64,000 bases of DNA from Dehalococcoidia bacterium (GCA_963665605.1 OY762409.1:3851061-3915060), one strand, 5' to 3'. Positions 25,381-35,396 are shown, numbered from the stretch's first letter. Notes: generated from the letters alone by a model not told the origin. Made by a program: numbers and translations.

Positions 25381-27942
25381 ATGGCAAATACCAATGGTTC
25401 AATAATGACGGTTGATCGCGTCGCCCTCTCTAGCAACAGGGCGAGTACGCCCGTTGAACTGCCTGACTACGATAAGAGCCGATTTGAAGAGGTCGGCTTT
25501 CTTACTGCAATGACGCTTGTGCTGCTTGGCAACTATTCCCAAACAGGACACTTTGGCGGCCCTCTTGCTTACACGCCGTACACCGTAATGACCCATCTGG
25601 CGGGGCCGGAGAACGGAGGGCTGCGGTACGACTATCGCCGCCCCAAGCATCCTTACGCTGACAGGTTTATGCTCGCAGGCGGGCACAATGCACCCGTAAC
25701 TTACGCTCTGTGGATGATCATGGGTGAGGCGCTCGCGCGCAAGTATGCGAAGACGGGCGATCCGCGTTATTCGGTCGATCACAATCAGGGTATGCTCAGC
25801 ATCGACTGCCTCGGGTTCAGGCGGGGCGCAGGCGCGCTTGCAACACTCCTGGAAGACTTCGACCTGACCGATGCACCGGAGATGGCACAGGCGAAGATTC
25901 GAGGAATCCGCTCGCTGGCAGGGCACTCCGAGACGACCGACATGACCAATGACGTGAACGGTGGTCCGTCAGGCATAGGCATCGCGACAGCGGCGGGCAA
26001 AGCAGCGTTCTGGGACATGGTGGGCGCGCCTGACAGCCTCAAGATCATGGCGATCGAGGGCGAGTTCGCAATGACATCAGGACACTCGCAGGAGATGAAA
26101 ACTCAGGCTGTCGCCCAGCAGGTAGGCAAGCGGCTACGAATCCTGCTTTCGTACAATAATGCAGGTATTGATGACGAGCTGATAGGCGGCGTAATTCAGC
26201 CCCAGTACGACGGTTATCGCATTGAGGACCAGTGGGCCGCATACGGCTGGAATGTGTTCGCGGTGGAAAATGCCAACGACTACGATCAGGTCCTGGGCGT
26301 CCTCAAAGCAATGGAGGATTGGGATCCAAGTGACGACCGTCCTATGATTGTGGTAGGAAACACCGTCAAGGGCTGGTGGCCGGGCGCGGTTAATGGCAAC
26401 GTGCCGGGCTACGGCGACCAGATCATCAGCTACGCTAGCCATCCTTACGCCTTCCCATTCAACGGAGACTACTTCTCGGCACTTGCGTCCACGTTCGAGC
26501 AGCGATTCGGCCTGGAGTTCGAGGGAATCAGGAGCGGTAACGCGGCTACGGACATGCGGGAGCGTCTTCTTGAGTTCAAGCGCAACATAGATATTGCGAT
26601 GTCGGCTCTTGACGAGAATGGTCTTGGAGACTGGCTGGCGGATCGTCTGGTGGAGATCGGCGATTCGATTGACGAAGACATGCCGCTGCGAATCGACCGC
26701 AGCGTTGACCCGTTTGTGGACGAGCGGCTGAAGGTCGAGAACCTTCCAGTCGAGGCGCAAACTGTTAGTGTCAAGAATACTGTCTCCGGCGAAGAAAAGG
26801 ATGTTTCCATCAAGCTCTTCGAGGAGCCTGGCAATGTACGGGGCACTAGGCGCGCGATATCTGAAATCGCAAAGTACATGAATTATGTTACTGACAACAG
26901 ACTTGTCATTGTAGCTGCGGACCTTGCAGAATCTATCAACGTGGAGCATGGTGGGATATGGGGACACTACGACCCGGTAAATAACCCTACCGGCACACGC
27001 CTAAAGGCTGCGATTCAGGAAGCGGGCAATGTGTCAACCGCATTAGGATTTGTCAGTCAGTCTGCCTCCCTGGACCCGGACAAGCATGTGGGCGTATGGG
27101 CGATCAGCGGCACGTATGGTGCATTCACACCGTTGATGTACCTGCCGGCCCGCGTCTGGAGCCAGCAGAATCAGGACAGCCCGTTCCGTGTTGGCGTGCT
27201 GAACGTGCTCGCCGGGCACTCGGGTCCTGAGACCGCGGCCGACGCACGGACGCACTTCGGCATCTTCGCGCCGCAGGTGTGGAAGCTTTTCCCGAGGGGG
27301 CAGGTGATTACCCTGAGCTTCTGGGATTACAACGATGTGGCAGCCGGCTACTTCGCCGCAGCCGAGATCGCCGCGCGTGACCCAAAGGTCGGCGTGCTAG
27401 TGCTTGAAGTGGCGCGTCCAGACTTCCCGGTGGCTGACCGCAGCACATTCGCAGACACTGACCTCAAGGCGGCAGCCAAGGGCTTCTATGTAATACGGGA
27501 CTTCGATGACGACAAGCCAAAGCAGGGTTATGTGATAGTCCAGGGATCATCGTCGACGGTCAACCTGGTCAGAGCGCTTCCGCAACTCGAAGAAGACGGT
27601 GTCAATGTTAAGGTAATCGCCGCTATCAGCGATGAGCTGTTCCAGCGTCAATCTCAGGAATACCAGGACTCGGTGCTTCCACCTGAGGCGATATACGACA
27701 TGGCGGTGGTAACGACGGGCACCAGACGCATGTGGCCTGTGCAGAATGCGGGACCGCTCACTGATGAGTATTCGCTGGTTTCTGACTGGGATAACCAGTG
27801 GCTGACAGGCGGGACGGAGGCGGACGTGATTGCCGAGGCGCATCTTGATACAGATTCGATCTACAAGGGCATCAAGCGATTCGCGCTCGATCACGATGAG
27901 CGTATCAGCAGACAGGCAGGTTTGGTGGCTGCTCTGAGGTAG
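25381..27942 (+). CDS. Divergent single-chain thiamine-diphosphate enzyme of the transketolase superfamily (853 aa)
   Basis: Recognisable transketolase-like blocks: GHFGGPLA, DRFMLAGGHNAPVTYAL, NGGPSGIGIATAAG, IEGEFAMTSG...YNNAGID, AADLAES, IQEAGN, HSGPETAADARTHFG. Start placed at the ATG at 25381 (AGGGAG RBS). Confidence 0.65.
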   Translation: MANTNGSIMTVDRVALSSNRASTPVELPDYDKSRFEEVGFLTAMTLVLLGNYSQTGHFGGPLAYTPYTVMTHLAGPENGGLRYDYRRPKHPYADRFMLAGGHNAPVTYALWMIMGEALARKYAKTGDPRYSVDHNQGMLSIDCLGFRRGAGALATLLEDFDLTDAPEMAQAKIRGIRSLAGHSETTDMTNDVNGGPSGIGIATAAGKAAFWDMVGAPDSLKIMAIEGEFAMTSGHSQEMKTQAVAQQVGKRLRILLSYNNAGIDDELIGGVIQPQYDGYRIEDQWAAYGWNVFAVENANDYDQVLGVLKAMEDWDPSDDRPMIVVGNTVKGWWPGAVNGNVPGYGDQIISYASHPYAFPFNGDYFSALASTFEQRFGLEFEGIRSGNAATDMRERLLEFKRNIDIAMSALDENGLGDWLADRLVEIGDSIDEDMPLRIDRSVDPFVDERLKVENLPVEAQTVSVKNTVSGEEKDVSIKLFEEPGNVRGTRRAISEIAKYMNYVTDNRLVIVAADLAESINVEHGGIWGHYDPVNNPTGTRLKAAIQEAGNVSTALGFVSQSASLDPDKHVGVWAISGTYGAFTPLMYLPARVWSQQNQDSPFRVGVLNVLAGHSGPETAADARTHFGIFAPQVWKLFPRGQVITLSFWDYNDVAAGYFAAAEIAARDPKVGVLVLEVARPDFPVADRSTFADTDLKAAAKGFYVIRDFDDDKPKQGYVIVQGSSSTVNLVRALPQLEEDGVNVKVIAAISDELFQRQSQEYQDSVLPPEAIYDMAVVTTGTRRMWPVQNAGPLTDEYSLVSDWDNQWLTGGTEADVIAEAHLDTDSIYKGIKRFALDHDERISRQAGLVAALR

Positions 27943-27979
27943 ATGGGGACGCCATAGGGTACTCAAAAGAAGCGAAACG

Positions 27980-28012
27980 AGGGGCAGATCAGAAGACCTG
28001 CCCCTTTTCTTG
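27980..28012 (+). terminator. Intrinsic terminator after the transketolase-like gene
   Basis: Stem AGGGGCAG/CTGCCCCT followed by TTTCTT. Confidence 0.7.
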
Positions 28013-28078
28013 CTCTTTGATGTCGCCCCTCTCGGAGATTGTAGTAAACAGGATATGCTACAATGGGTAATAGCAAGT

Positions 28079-28433
28079 GGGGACGCGCGGGTTCGACAGG
28101 GGAAGTCTCTACAGGATTGCAGGCCGAGGCGCCACACACCGCGTTAAAAGTGGCAAAAACTTTAACTGGCAACTCACAAGAGTACGCCCTAGCCGCCTAA
28201 CCGCGGCTACATCCACCACTTCTTCCCTCCGAGAGGGGTGACTGGGTGCCATATTATCGGAGGAAGGCCTGACAGACGCCGATATCGACTGGCCTAACCC
28301 ATCGGCTGGCTCTGAGAAGTTACCTGTCGGTAAGTTCTTCCTAGAGCGAGACTCAATTACCGACTAAGCCTGTAGTACATCCTTGTCGGAGAGTCTTCTG
28401 GACGGGGAGTTCGACCCTCCCCCGTCTCCACCA
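28079..28433 (+). ncRNA. ssrA: tmRNA (SsrA), one-piece
   Basis: 5' GGGGACGCGCGGGTTCGAC... 3' T-arm GGACGGGGAGTTCGACCCTCCCCGTCTCCACCA, pairing with the 5' end. Internal tag frame GCA AAA ACT TTA ACT GGC AAC TCA CAA GAG TAC GCC CTA GCC GCC TAA (28153-28200) ends in the canonical ...YALAA. Confidence 0.9.
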
Positions 28434-28451
28434 ATCAATCGATTCAGGAAT

Positions 28452-28483
28452 AGAGGCGACCAATACGGTCGCCTCTTCTTTTG
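28452..28483 (+). terminator. Intrinsic terminator after ssrA
   Basis: Perfect 10-bp stem AGAGGCGACC/GGTCGCCTCT, 5-nt loop, then TCTTTTG. Confidence 0.8.
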
Positions 28484-28508
28484 TAAGAAACATCATGCGC
28501 ATCGAGGC

Positions 28509-29417
28509 TCAAGCCTCAATAAATTGCAGGTATGCCTGAAGCTCGTCTGGCAGTGGAGAGCTGAATTCCAGGTATTCGTTGTCTGCTGGGTGTGTAAAGC
28601 CCAGAGTGGTCGCGTGGAGGAACTGACGGTTGAGTCTGCTGTCAGGCTTGCCGTATGTGGCGTCTCCTACGAGCGGATATCCGAGTGATGCGAAGTGCAC
28701 TCGGATCTGGTGGGTGCGGCCAGTAGTGAGTCTAATCTCTACCAATGAGTGGGACTGGACTTGGCGCAATACGCGGTAGCGCGTGATTGCCTCGCGTCCG
28801 TTGTCCACAACAGCCATGCGCTGGCGATTCGCGTTTGAGCGTCCGATCGGGGCGTCGATTATCGCCTCAGCCGGGGTAATGCTGCCGTGCGCGAGTGCAA
28901 GATACACTTTGGTGAATTGCCGAGCTTTCAGTTGTTCGCTTAGTGCGCGGTGCGTGTGGTCATTCTTGGCGATGACCAACAATCCGGAGGTGTCTCTGTC
29001 AAGTCGATGTACGATCCCCGGGCGGACCGTGCCGCCTATTCCTTGTAGGTCGGGGCAGTGTGCGAGGATAGCATTGACGAGCGTGCCATCCGGGTGCCCC
29101 GGCGCGGGATGCACGGTCATACCCGCGGGCTTATCCACGACCAGCAGGTCGCTGTCTTCGTAGACTACGTCGAGGGGAATGTCTTGTGGCAGAAGATGGC
29201 TTTCCTCAGGCTCCGGTATGTACAGGACTATCTTCTGTCCTTGCTTAACCTTAGTGGATGGCTTCGCTGACTTGCCTCCGATAGTGGCGCTGCCATCAGA
29301 AATTAGCGCCTGAATTCTCGATCGAGAAAGATCCGTGCAGCGGCTGTCTAGGAATCTGTCGAGACGATCGCCGCCAACTTCCACTTCGAATGTTTTTGTG
29401 CAGACCATGTCGAGCAA
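28509..29417 (-). CDS. rluD: RluD-family 23S rRNA pseudouridine synthase
   Basis: N-terminal S4-like domain (RLD.FL......SR..IQ.LI..G...), catalytic HRLDRDTSGLLV, and the TGRTHQIRVH motif. Confidence 0.85.
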   Translation of the reverse strand: MLDMVCTKTFEVEVGGDRLDRFLDSRCTDLSRSRIQALISDGSATIGGKSAKPSTKVKQGQKIVLYIPEPEESHLLPQDIPLDVVYEDSDLLVVDKPAGMTVHPAPGHPDGTLVNAILAHCPDLQGIGGTVRPGIVHRLDRDTSGLLVIAKNDHTHRALSEQLKARQFTKVYLALAHGSITPAEAIIDAPIGRSNANRQRMAVVDNGREAITRYRVLRQVQSHSLVEIRLTTGRTHQIRVHFASLGYPLVGDATYGKPDSRLNRQFLHATTLGFTHPADNEYLEFSSPLPDELQAYLQFIEA

Positions 29418-29425
29418 CTCAGCTG

Positions 29426-30058
29426 CTAGCGGGATGCCTTACCCTGCTCGACATCGGTGGCAGGTGTGGCGGCGTCCGGTTGAGATTCTTTAGCAGGCTT
29501 GCGGTCGAAGAGCAAGATTACCACGATCAGAGTCGTCATTCCAACGCATATGGAGGAATCTGCGATGTTGAAGATCGGCCACCGACCCACGTCAATGAAG
29601 TCGGTGACCGCGCCGAATGCCACGCGGTCAAAGAGATTGCCGAACGCACCGCCGAGCTGCAATCCGATGGCAAGACGCAGAATTGGGCTTGGCAATGCGT
29701 ATGCGCGGTAGAAATATACAAGAAAGCCGATTGCGATGATCGAGGCGAATATCAGGAAGAGCGTCTGATTTGGCAGCAGTCCGAACGCAGTGCCCGTGTT
29801 AGCGCCATGTGTAATTCGGATCAGGCCCTCCGCCGGCCAGGATTCACCGAGCCGAAGCGTGCCCTTAATTGCGAACTTAGTGAGCTGGTCAGCGACAAAG
29901 ACTACGGTAATCGTAGCTAACAGCAGCCAGTCGCGGTACGGGGCAAAACCCCTTGTAACTTCGTTAGATGATTCCGCTTGAGGGTCCGATTCTTCTACTG
30001 TGGCGCGTTTTCCCATATTCTGTTCTTCACTGAAGTCCTGTGTTTTCCATGCGTCCAT
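29426..30058 (-). CDS. lspA: Lipoprotein signal peptidase (signal peptidase II)
   Basis: DQ.TK, N.G.AFG, and FNIADS.I.VG motifs with four hydrophobic segments. The N-terminal ~40 aa extension makes the start uncertain (alternative ATG at 30016). Confidence 0.85.
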   Translation of the reverse strand: MDAWKTQDFSEEQNMGKRATVEESDPQAESSNEVTRGFAPYRDWLLLATITVVFVADQLTKFAIKGTLRLGESWPAEGLIRITHGANTGTAFGLLPNQTLFLIFASIIAIGFLVYFYRAYALPSPILRLAIGLQLGGAFGNLFDRVAFGAVTDFIDVGRWPIFNIADSSICVGMTTLIVVILLFDRKPAKESQPDAATPATDVEQGKASR

Positions 30059-30077
30059 GGTAGCGTTCTGCGCTGGG

Positions 30078-31634
30078 TTACATCAACCCTGTGCGGAGCC
30101 ATGTTCCTCTGAAGTAGTACCAGGTGAACGCAATCAGTCTGAGTCCCATGCCACCGACAATTGCAGCAGGAATCCCGAGATGTCCCAGGGGGCTGAAGTT
30201 TGCAAGAATAAACGTAAGAGGAATCTCGAATGCCCACATTGTCGCTACGGTGATGACCATTGGAGCGAAAGTAGAACCGGATGTGTTGAACGCCTGAGTG
30301 AATATCTGCACCGGGCACATAAATATGTACCCGATCGAGGCAATGACGAGCCATGTCGATGATATCCTGATGAAGTCAGCGTCCGAATTGAAGAACCCTG
30401 CGATCGGTTCGGGGAATGCGATTAACAGCATAAGGGCGGGTGCTGCCATTCCGAAGCCGATGAGCATACCCCATCGGACCGCGCTGCGAGCCCTTTCGGT
30501 CAACTCTGCGCCGAGGTTCTGGCCGGCTAGCGCGCCCGCTGCGCGGCCCATGCCTCTTGAACTCTGATTGACCACGTTCTCGGCGCGGCGGGCCAGCGCG
30601 AATGCGGCGAGAGCGACATCTCCGAACTGCGCGGCAACTCCTACGACGACGAGCTGTGAGACGCCGCGCTGCATATTGGTAACGGATGCGGGCGCTCCCT
30701 GACGCAGCAGGCTCCAGATCAAAGGGAAGTCAATCCTGAACTCTCTGAAGCGGAGGCTGATGCGCCCGCTGCCGGAGCGCAGTGCCCAGTAGGTCATTCC
30801 CACGCCGAAAATCTCTGCTGCCAATCGGGCGAATGCGGCGCCTGTCAGACCGAGAGACGGCAATCCGAGCCAGCCGAAAATGAGGATGGGGCTTAGGACG
30901 ATGTGAATAACTCGGGAGACCAGGGCTGCTTTGAGTGGGGTAATGCTGTCTCCCGAAGCCTGCAATGCGCCCCCGAAGAGACGGTGGTAGCTCAGACATG
31001 CCATGGCGATCAATTGCACCTGCATATATCCGGTGCCTTGCTCGACGGCGGCGTCACTCATGCCTATGAGCCTGAGCAGCGGTTCGGCGAGAAAGAGTCC
31101 CACGGCAATCATCACGACTGCAAGGACTGATGTCAGCAGGAAGGACTGGACAAGTACATGGTTGGCCTGGGCCAACTGACGGGCGCCGACCGCGCGGGCA
31201 ATCATGGAACGCATGCTGGAATCCAAGCCCATGCGCGCCATCATAATGGTGCTGAGGTACGCTTGTGAGGCTCCCAGTCCTGCGATGGCGTGGAAACCGA
31301 GGCGTCCAGCCCAAACGAGGTCCGCAACCTGGTCGATGACCCCGAGAAAGCCTTCAGCAACCTGTGGCCATCCCAGATACCAGACGTGGTTGCGAATGCT
31401 GCCCTTAGTGAGGTCGCGGCGAGCTAGGGCGGAGCGTCGTCTTGAGGGCCGGGGTGCTGTTTTCCGTGGGGGAACTGTGCGTGACGAAGTTGTGCGCTGG
31501 GCGGATTGCTCGTCGCCGTTACGCTGCGATTCGTCGTCCTGCATAGAGTCCTTTCGGCTTGCGAGACCCGTTCTAAGCTTCAGATATGCCATGCGGATGA
31601 CGTCAACGATAAGGAATGTGGAAATGCAAGTCAA
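30078..31634 (-). CDS. MATE-family efflux transporter
   Basis: About 12 hydrophobic segments in the internally duplicated MATE layout (...LGWPQV.E......D......G.LG..A.A......). The long charged N-terminal region leaves the start uncertain. Confidence 0.75.
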   Translation of the reverse strand: MTCISTFLIVDVIRMAYLKLRTGLASRKDSMQDDESQRNGDEQSAQRTTSSRTVPPRKTAPRPSRRRSALARRDLTKGSIRNHVWYLGWPQVAEGFLGVIDQVADLVWAGRLGFHAIAGLGASQAYLSTIMMARMGLDSSMRSMIARAVGARQLAQANHVLVQSFLLTSVLAVVMIAVGLFLAEPLLRLIGMSDAAVEQGTGYMQVQLIAMACLSYHRLFGGALQASGDSITPLKAALVSRVIHIVLSPILIFGWLGLPSLGLTGAAFARLAAEIFGVGMTYWALRSGSGRISLRFREFRIDFPLIWSLLRQGAPASVTNMQRGVSQLVVVGVAAQFGDVALAAFALARRAENVVNQSSRGMGRAAGALAGQNLGAELTERARSAVRWGMLIGFGMAAPALMLLIAFPEPIAGFFNSDADFIRISSTWLVIASIGYIFMCPVQIFTQAFNTSGSTFAPMVITVATMWAFEIPLTFILANFSPLGHLGIPAAIVGGMGLRLIAFTWYYFRGTWLRTGLM

Positions 31635-31736
31635 ATGGCCCCGTGGCAGGAAGTCAACCTGGAGACTAGACGCCTTGTAAGGCGTATTGTAAAGTTACAT
31701 GTAATACAATTACGATACACATTTAGGAGGTAAGCA

Positions 31737-32165
31737 ATGTCTCAACGGGATGCTGAAAAGGAAGAAGGACAAGAGAGCCAGAGTGCTCAAGATGAAAGGC
31801 GCAGGCTGTCAGACAACGTCGATGAGATCGTGGACGAGGTAAACAAGACGGTGCGAGTAGCGATTGTGAAGGGCGTGGACGCCGCCGAGACGATCGGAGA
31901 AAACATTCGAGACACGATCCAGGGGATGCGCGGCAGTCGGGACAATGTGGTGATGGTGCGGGTTGATAAGGCAAGCTTGGACCGGCTAGACGAGCTTGTA
32001 GAGGCTGGGATTATGAGCAGCAGGTCGGAGGCTGCAGCGTTCCTGATAGCAGAGGGCATCAAGGCAAGGCAGCCGCTGTTCGACAGAATCGGGGAGAAGA
32101 TACAGGAAATAAGGCGGGCCAAAGATGAGCTTCGGCAAATGGTGGATGAGGATGGGGCCGATTAG
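31737..32165 (+). CDS. Ribbon-helix-helix (CopG/Arc/MetJ-like) domain protein with an acidic N-terminal extension
   Basis: VVMVRVDKASLDRLDELVEAGIMSSRSEAAAFLIAEGI fits the beta-strand/helix/helix RHH pattern. GGAGG RBS. Divergent from the MATE gene. Confidence 0.5.
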   Translation: MSQRDAEKEEGQESQSAQDERRRLSDNVDEIVDEVNKTVRVAIVKGVDAAETIGENIRDTIQGMRGSRDNVVMVRVDKASLDRLDELVEAGIMSSRSEAAAFLIAEGIKARQPLFDRIGEKIQEIRRAKDELRQMVDEDGAD

Positions 32166-32347
32166 TTCTATGGCGCGTTCTAGGCGTGTGTACTAGGGAG
32201 TGTCCTGACTTTATATCGCGGCACATTCGTGTATAATACGCCGCAACAATCAGCACGATTCGTTGCGGCGTACATGTGCGCCTTGCTGGTGAAATCACTC
32301 TTTATATTGACATACAGGAAACCACACATTTCCACGGAGGCATCACG

Positions 32348-34108
32348 ATGACAACCTCTTCTTCATTTCCAATCATAAGCAAGCCTGCCATTGAGGACAT
32401 GGAGACGAAGCCGAATCTCGACTATGACAAGGTTCGCGGCAACTTCGACTGGCAGCAGATGTATGAAGAGCTTGATTGGCAGCCGGGCGGCGGTTTGAAC
32501 AAGGCGCATGAGGCCATTGACCGCCACGCGAACGGGCGCAACCGCGACAAGATCGCGATGATCTGGGAAGGAAAGAACGGCGAGAAGGAGACCTACACCT
32601 TCGGTCAGATGAAGGAGCAGTCCAATAAGTTCGCCAATGTTCTAAAAAGCCTCGGCATCGAGAAGGGTGACCGCGTTTTCATCTACATGGAGCGGCTACC
32701 TGAGCTTTACTTTGCGTTCTTCGGCATCCTGAAGGTCGGGGCGATTGCGGGGCCATTGTTCTCGGCATTCGGCCCTGACCCCGTTAAGGACAGGATGCAG
32801 GACAGCGAGGCGAAAGTGCTAGTCACGCAGCCGGATCTGCGGCGCAAGATCACACCGATCATCCCTGAGCTGTTCGAGCTTCAGCACATGGTAATCGTGA
32901 ACAAGAACAACCGCGACCCGCAGCCTCTAATGTCTGGTGACCTCAGCTACGAAGAGGAAATGGCTAAGGCGACGGCGAACTTCGATACGGTCATCACGAG
33001 CCAATATGACTACTCAATAATGCACTACACATCGGGCACGACTGGCAAGCCTAAGGGCGCGGTACACCGACATCAGGCAGTGGTGCAGCAGTATGCCACC
33101 GGCAAGTGGGCGCTCGACCTGCAGGAAGACGATATCTACTTCTGCACGGCGGACCCGGGCTGGGTTACGGGCACATCTTACGGAATGCTTGCGCCCTGGA
33201 CTAACGGAGTCACGCAGCTCATCTACGAGGGCGGCTTCCGCGCCAGCAAGTGGTATCAGCTAATCCAAGACTACAACGTGACGGTGTTCTACACGGCGCC
33301 TACAGCCATTCGGATGCTGATGAAGTCGGGCGATGATGTTCCCAAGCGATACGACATGTCCTCGCTCCGCTTTATGGCGAGCGTAGGCGAGCCGTTGAAT
33401 CCGGAGGCGGTTGTCTGGGGCAACGATGTCTTCGGCATGCCGTTCCACGATAACTGGTGGCAGACGGAGACCGGCGCGATTATGTGCGCGAATTACGCCT
33501 GCCAGGACGTAAACCCAGGTTCCATGGGCAGGCCCATACCCGGAGTGGAACTAGGAATCGTGGACGACGAGTTCGAGCCCGTACCAGTCGGCCAGGATGG
33601 GAACTTGGTTGTGCGACCGAACTGGCCCTCGATGTTCCACGCATACTGGAATAATAGCGAGATGTATAACTCGCGCTTCCGAAAGGGCTGGTACATTACG
33701 GGCGACACGGCGCGAGTCGATGAGGACGGATATTTCTGGTTCGTCGGACGCGCGGACGATGTCATCAACACAGCGGGGCACCTCGTTGGGCCGTTCGAAG
33801 TCGAAAGCGCGCTTATCGAGCATCCCGCCGTCGCCGAGGCAGGCGTCATTGGTAAACCAGACCCGATTGCAATGGAAGTCGTGAAGGCGTTTGTGTCACT
33901 GAAGGACGGCTATGAAGAGTCCACAGAACTGCGGCGCGACATAATGCGCTTCAGCAGGCAGAAGCTGGCTGCCGCGGTCGCGCCTCGCGAGCTTGACTTC
34001 GTGCCGACGTTGCCTAAGACTCGCAGCGGCAAAATCATGCGACGTCTATTGAAGGCTCGAGAACTTGGTCTGCCCGAGGGCGATACCAGTACGCTTGAAG
34101 ACGACTAG
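32348..34108 (+). CDS. AMP-forming acetyl-/acyl-CoA synthetase (AcsA-like)
   Basis: AMP-binding motif YTSGTTGKPKG, WWQTETG, TGD.A..DEDGY....GR.DD, and PKTRSGKIMRR. Start placed at the ATG at 32348 with a GGAGG RBS. Confidence 0.85.
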   Translation: MTTSSSFPIISKPAIEDMETKPNLDYDKVRGNFDWQQMYEELDWQPGGGLNKAHEAIDRHANGRNRDKIAMIWEGKNGEKETYTFGQMKEQSNKFANVLKSLGIEKGDRVFIYMERLPELYFAFFGILKVGAIAGPLFSAFGPDPVKDRMQDSEAKVLVTQPDLRRKITPIIPELFELQHMVIVNKNNRDPQPLMSGDLSYEEEMAKATANFDTVITSQYDYSIMHYTSGTTGKPKGAVHRHQAVVQQYATGKWALDLQEDDIYFCTADPGWVTGTSYGMLAPWTNGVTQLIYEGGFRASKWYQLIQDYNVTVFYTAPTAIRMLMKSGDDVPKRYDMSSLRFMASVGEPLNPEAVVWGNDVFGMPFHDNWWQTETGAIMCANYACQDVNPGSMGRPIPGVELGIVDDEFEPVPVGQDGNLVVRPNWPSMFHAYWNNSEMYNSRFRKGWYITGDTARVDEDGYFWFVGRADDVINTAGHLVGPFEVESALIEHPAVAEAGVIGKPDPIAMEVVKAFVSLKDGYEESTELRRDIMRFSRQKLAAAVAPRELDFVPTLPKTRSGKIMRRLLKARELGLPEGDTSTLEDD

Positions 34109-34163
34109 AAAGTCATTTATTGATTAGCGAACGCCGTTGAATTCGTACCGAGAGAGGTCTTAG

Positions 34164-35396
34164 ATGAAAATTAGCTGGTTCCACCTGATGCCCTACCGAT
34201 TCCTGCCGAAGGACTTCGAGGACAAGTACCGCAGCGTCTGGGTGGATGTGCCCAGCCATCTGTTCGAGGCAAACAAGGCGCATCAGCTCTACAACGAGTA
34301 TCTCGATGAGCTCGAATTTGCTGATGAGGTGGGTTTTGACGGTATCTGCGTCAACGAGCACCACAACAACGCCTACGGCATAATGCCAAGCCCGAACATC
34401 ACGGCAGCCACTCTGACACGGCGTACCAAGGATGCAGCCATCATCGTGCTGGGCAACAGCCTCGCGCTGTACAATCCGCCACTGCGCGTAGCCGAAGAGT
34501 TTGCGATGCTGGACTGCATTAGTGGGGGGCGTCTTGTTGCGGGCTTCCCCGTCGGCACTTCGATGGATACCAACTTCGCCTACGGCGTAAATCCCGCTAC
34601 TCTGCGCGAGAAGTACTACGAGGCACACGACCTGGTGATGAAGGCCTGGACCGAGCCTGATATGTTCGCGTTCAACGGCAAATATAACCAGGTTCGCTAC
34701 GCCAATATCTGGCCTCGCCCACTGCAGAAGCCACATCCGCCAGTATGGATTCCAGGTGGCGGCAGCGTCGAAACCTGGGAATGGACGATCCGCATGAACT
34801 ATGTCTATTGCTACCTGAGCTACTCAGGGTACAAGCGGGGCATACAGGTGATGGACGGTTACTGGAAGGAAATGGAACGGCTTGGTACGGACGATAACCC
34901 TTATCGAGCTGGTTTCCTGCAGCTAGTTTGCGTCGCGGAGACCGACGAGAAGGCGAAGGAGCTTTACGCCGAGCATGTGGAGTACTTCTATAAGAAGTGC
35001 CTGCATGTGTATGAGGGCTTTGCGGATGCTCCGGGATACCGCACGATTCGCACATTGAAGGCCGGAGCAGTTGCCCAGCTGGGCGCCGCCGCGAACCAGA
35101 CGAGACAGTCGATGACCTGGGACGACTTTGTTGAGCAGGGTTATGTGATCGCGGGCAGCCCGAAGACGGTCATTGAGAATCTGCGTGGAGCTGTAGAAGG
35201 TCTGCGCGTGGGACATCTGATGGTCCTGCTTCAGATTGGTAGCATGCCTAAAGACCTCACGATGAAGAACACCGAAATGTTCGCGACGGAAGTTTATCCG
35301 GAACTACAGGGCATGTGGGACGAATACGAGGACCACTGGTGGCCGCAGCCGATTGAGGAGCCTGAGGTTGCGGGTATGGCGTCGGCAGGGCCATAG
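34164..35396 (+). CDS. Luciferase-like flavin-dependent monooxygenase (LLM family)
   Basis: MKISWFHLMPY... and ...AD..GFDG..VNEHH.. are typical of the LLM TIM-barrel family. Confidence 0.8.
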   Translation: MKISWFHLMPYRFLPKDFEDKYRSVWVDVPSHLFEANKAHQLYNEYLDELEFADEVGFDGICVNEHHNNAYGIMPSPNITAATLTRRTKDAAIIVLGNSLALYNPPLRVAEEFAMLDCISGGRLVAGFPVGTSMDTNFAYGVNPATLREKYYEAHDLVMKAWTEPDMFAFNGKYNQVRYANIWPRPLQKPHPPVWIPGGGSVETWEWTIRMNYVYCYLSYSGYKRGIQVMDGYWKEMERLGTDDNPYRAGFLQLVCVAETDEKAKELYAEHVEYFYKKCLHVYEGFADAPGYRTIRTLKAGAVAQLGAAANQTRQSMTWDDFVEQGYVIAGSPKTVIENLRGAVEGLRVGHLMVLLQIGSMPKDLTMKNTEMFATEVYPELQGMWDEYEDHWWPQPIEEPEVAGMASAGP

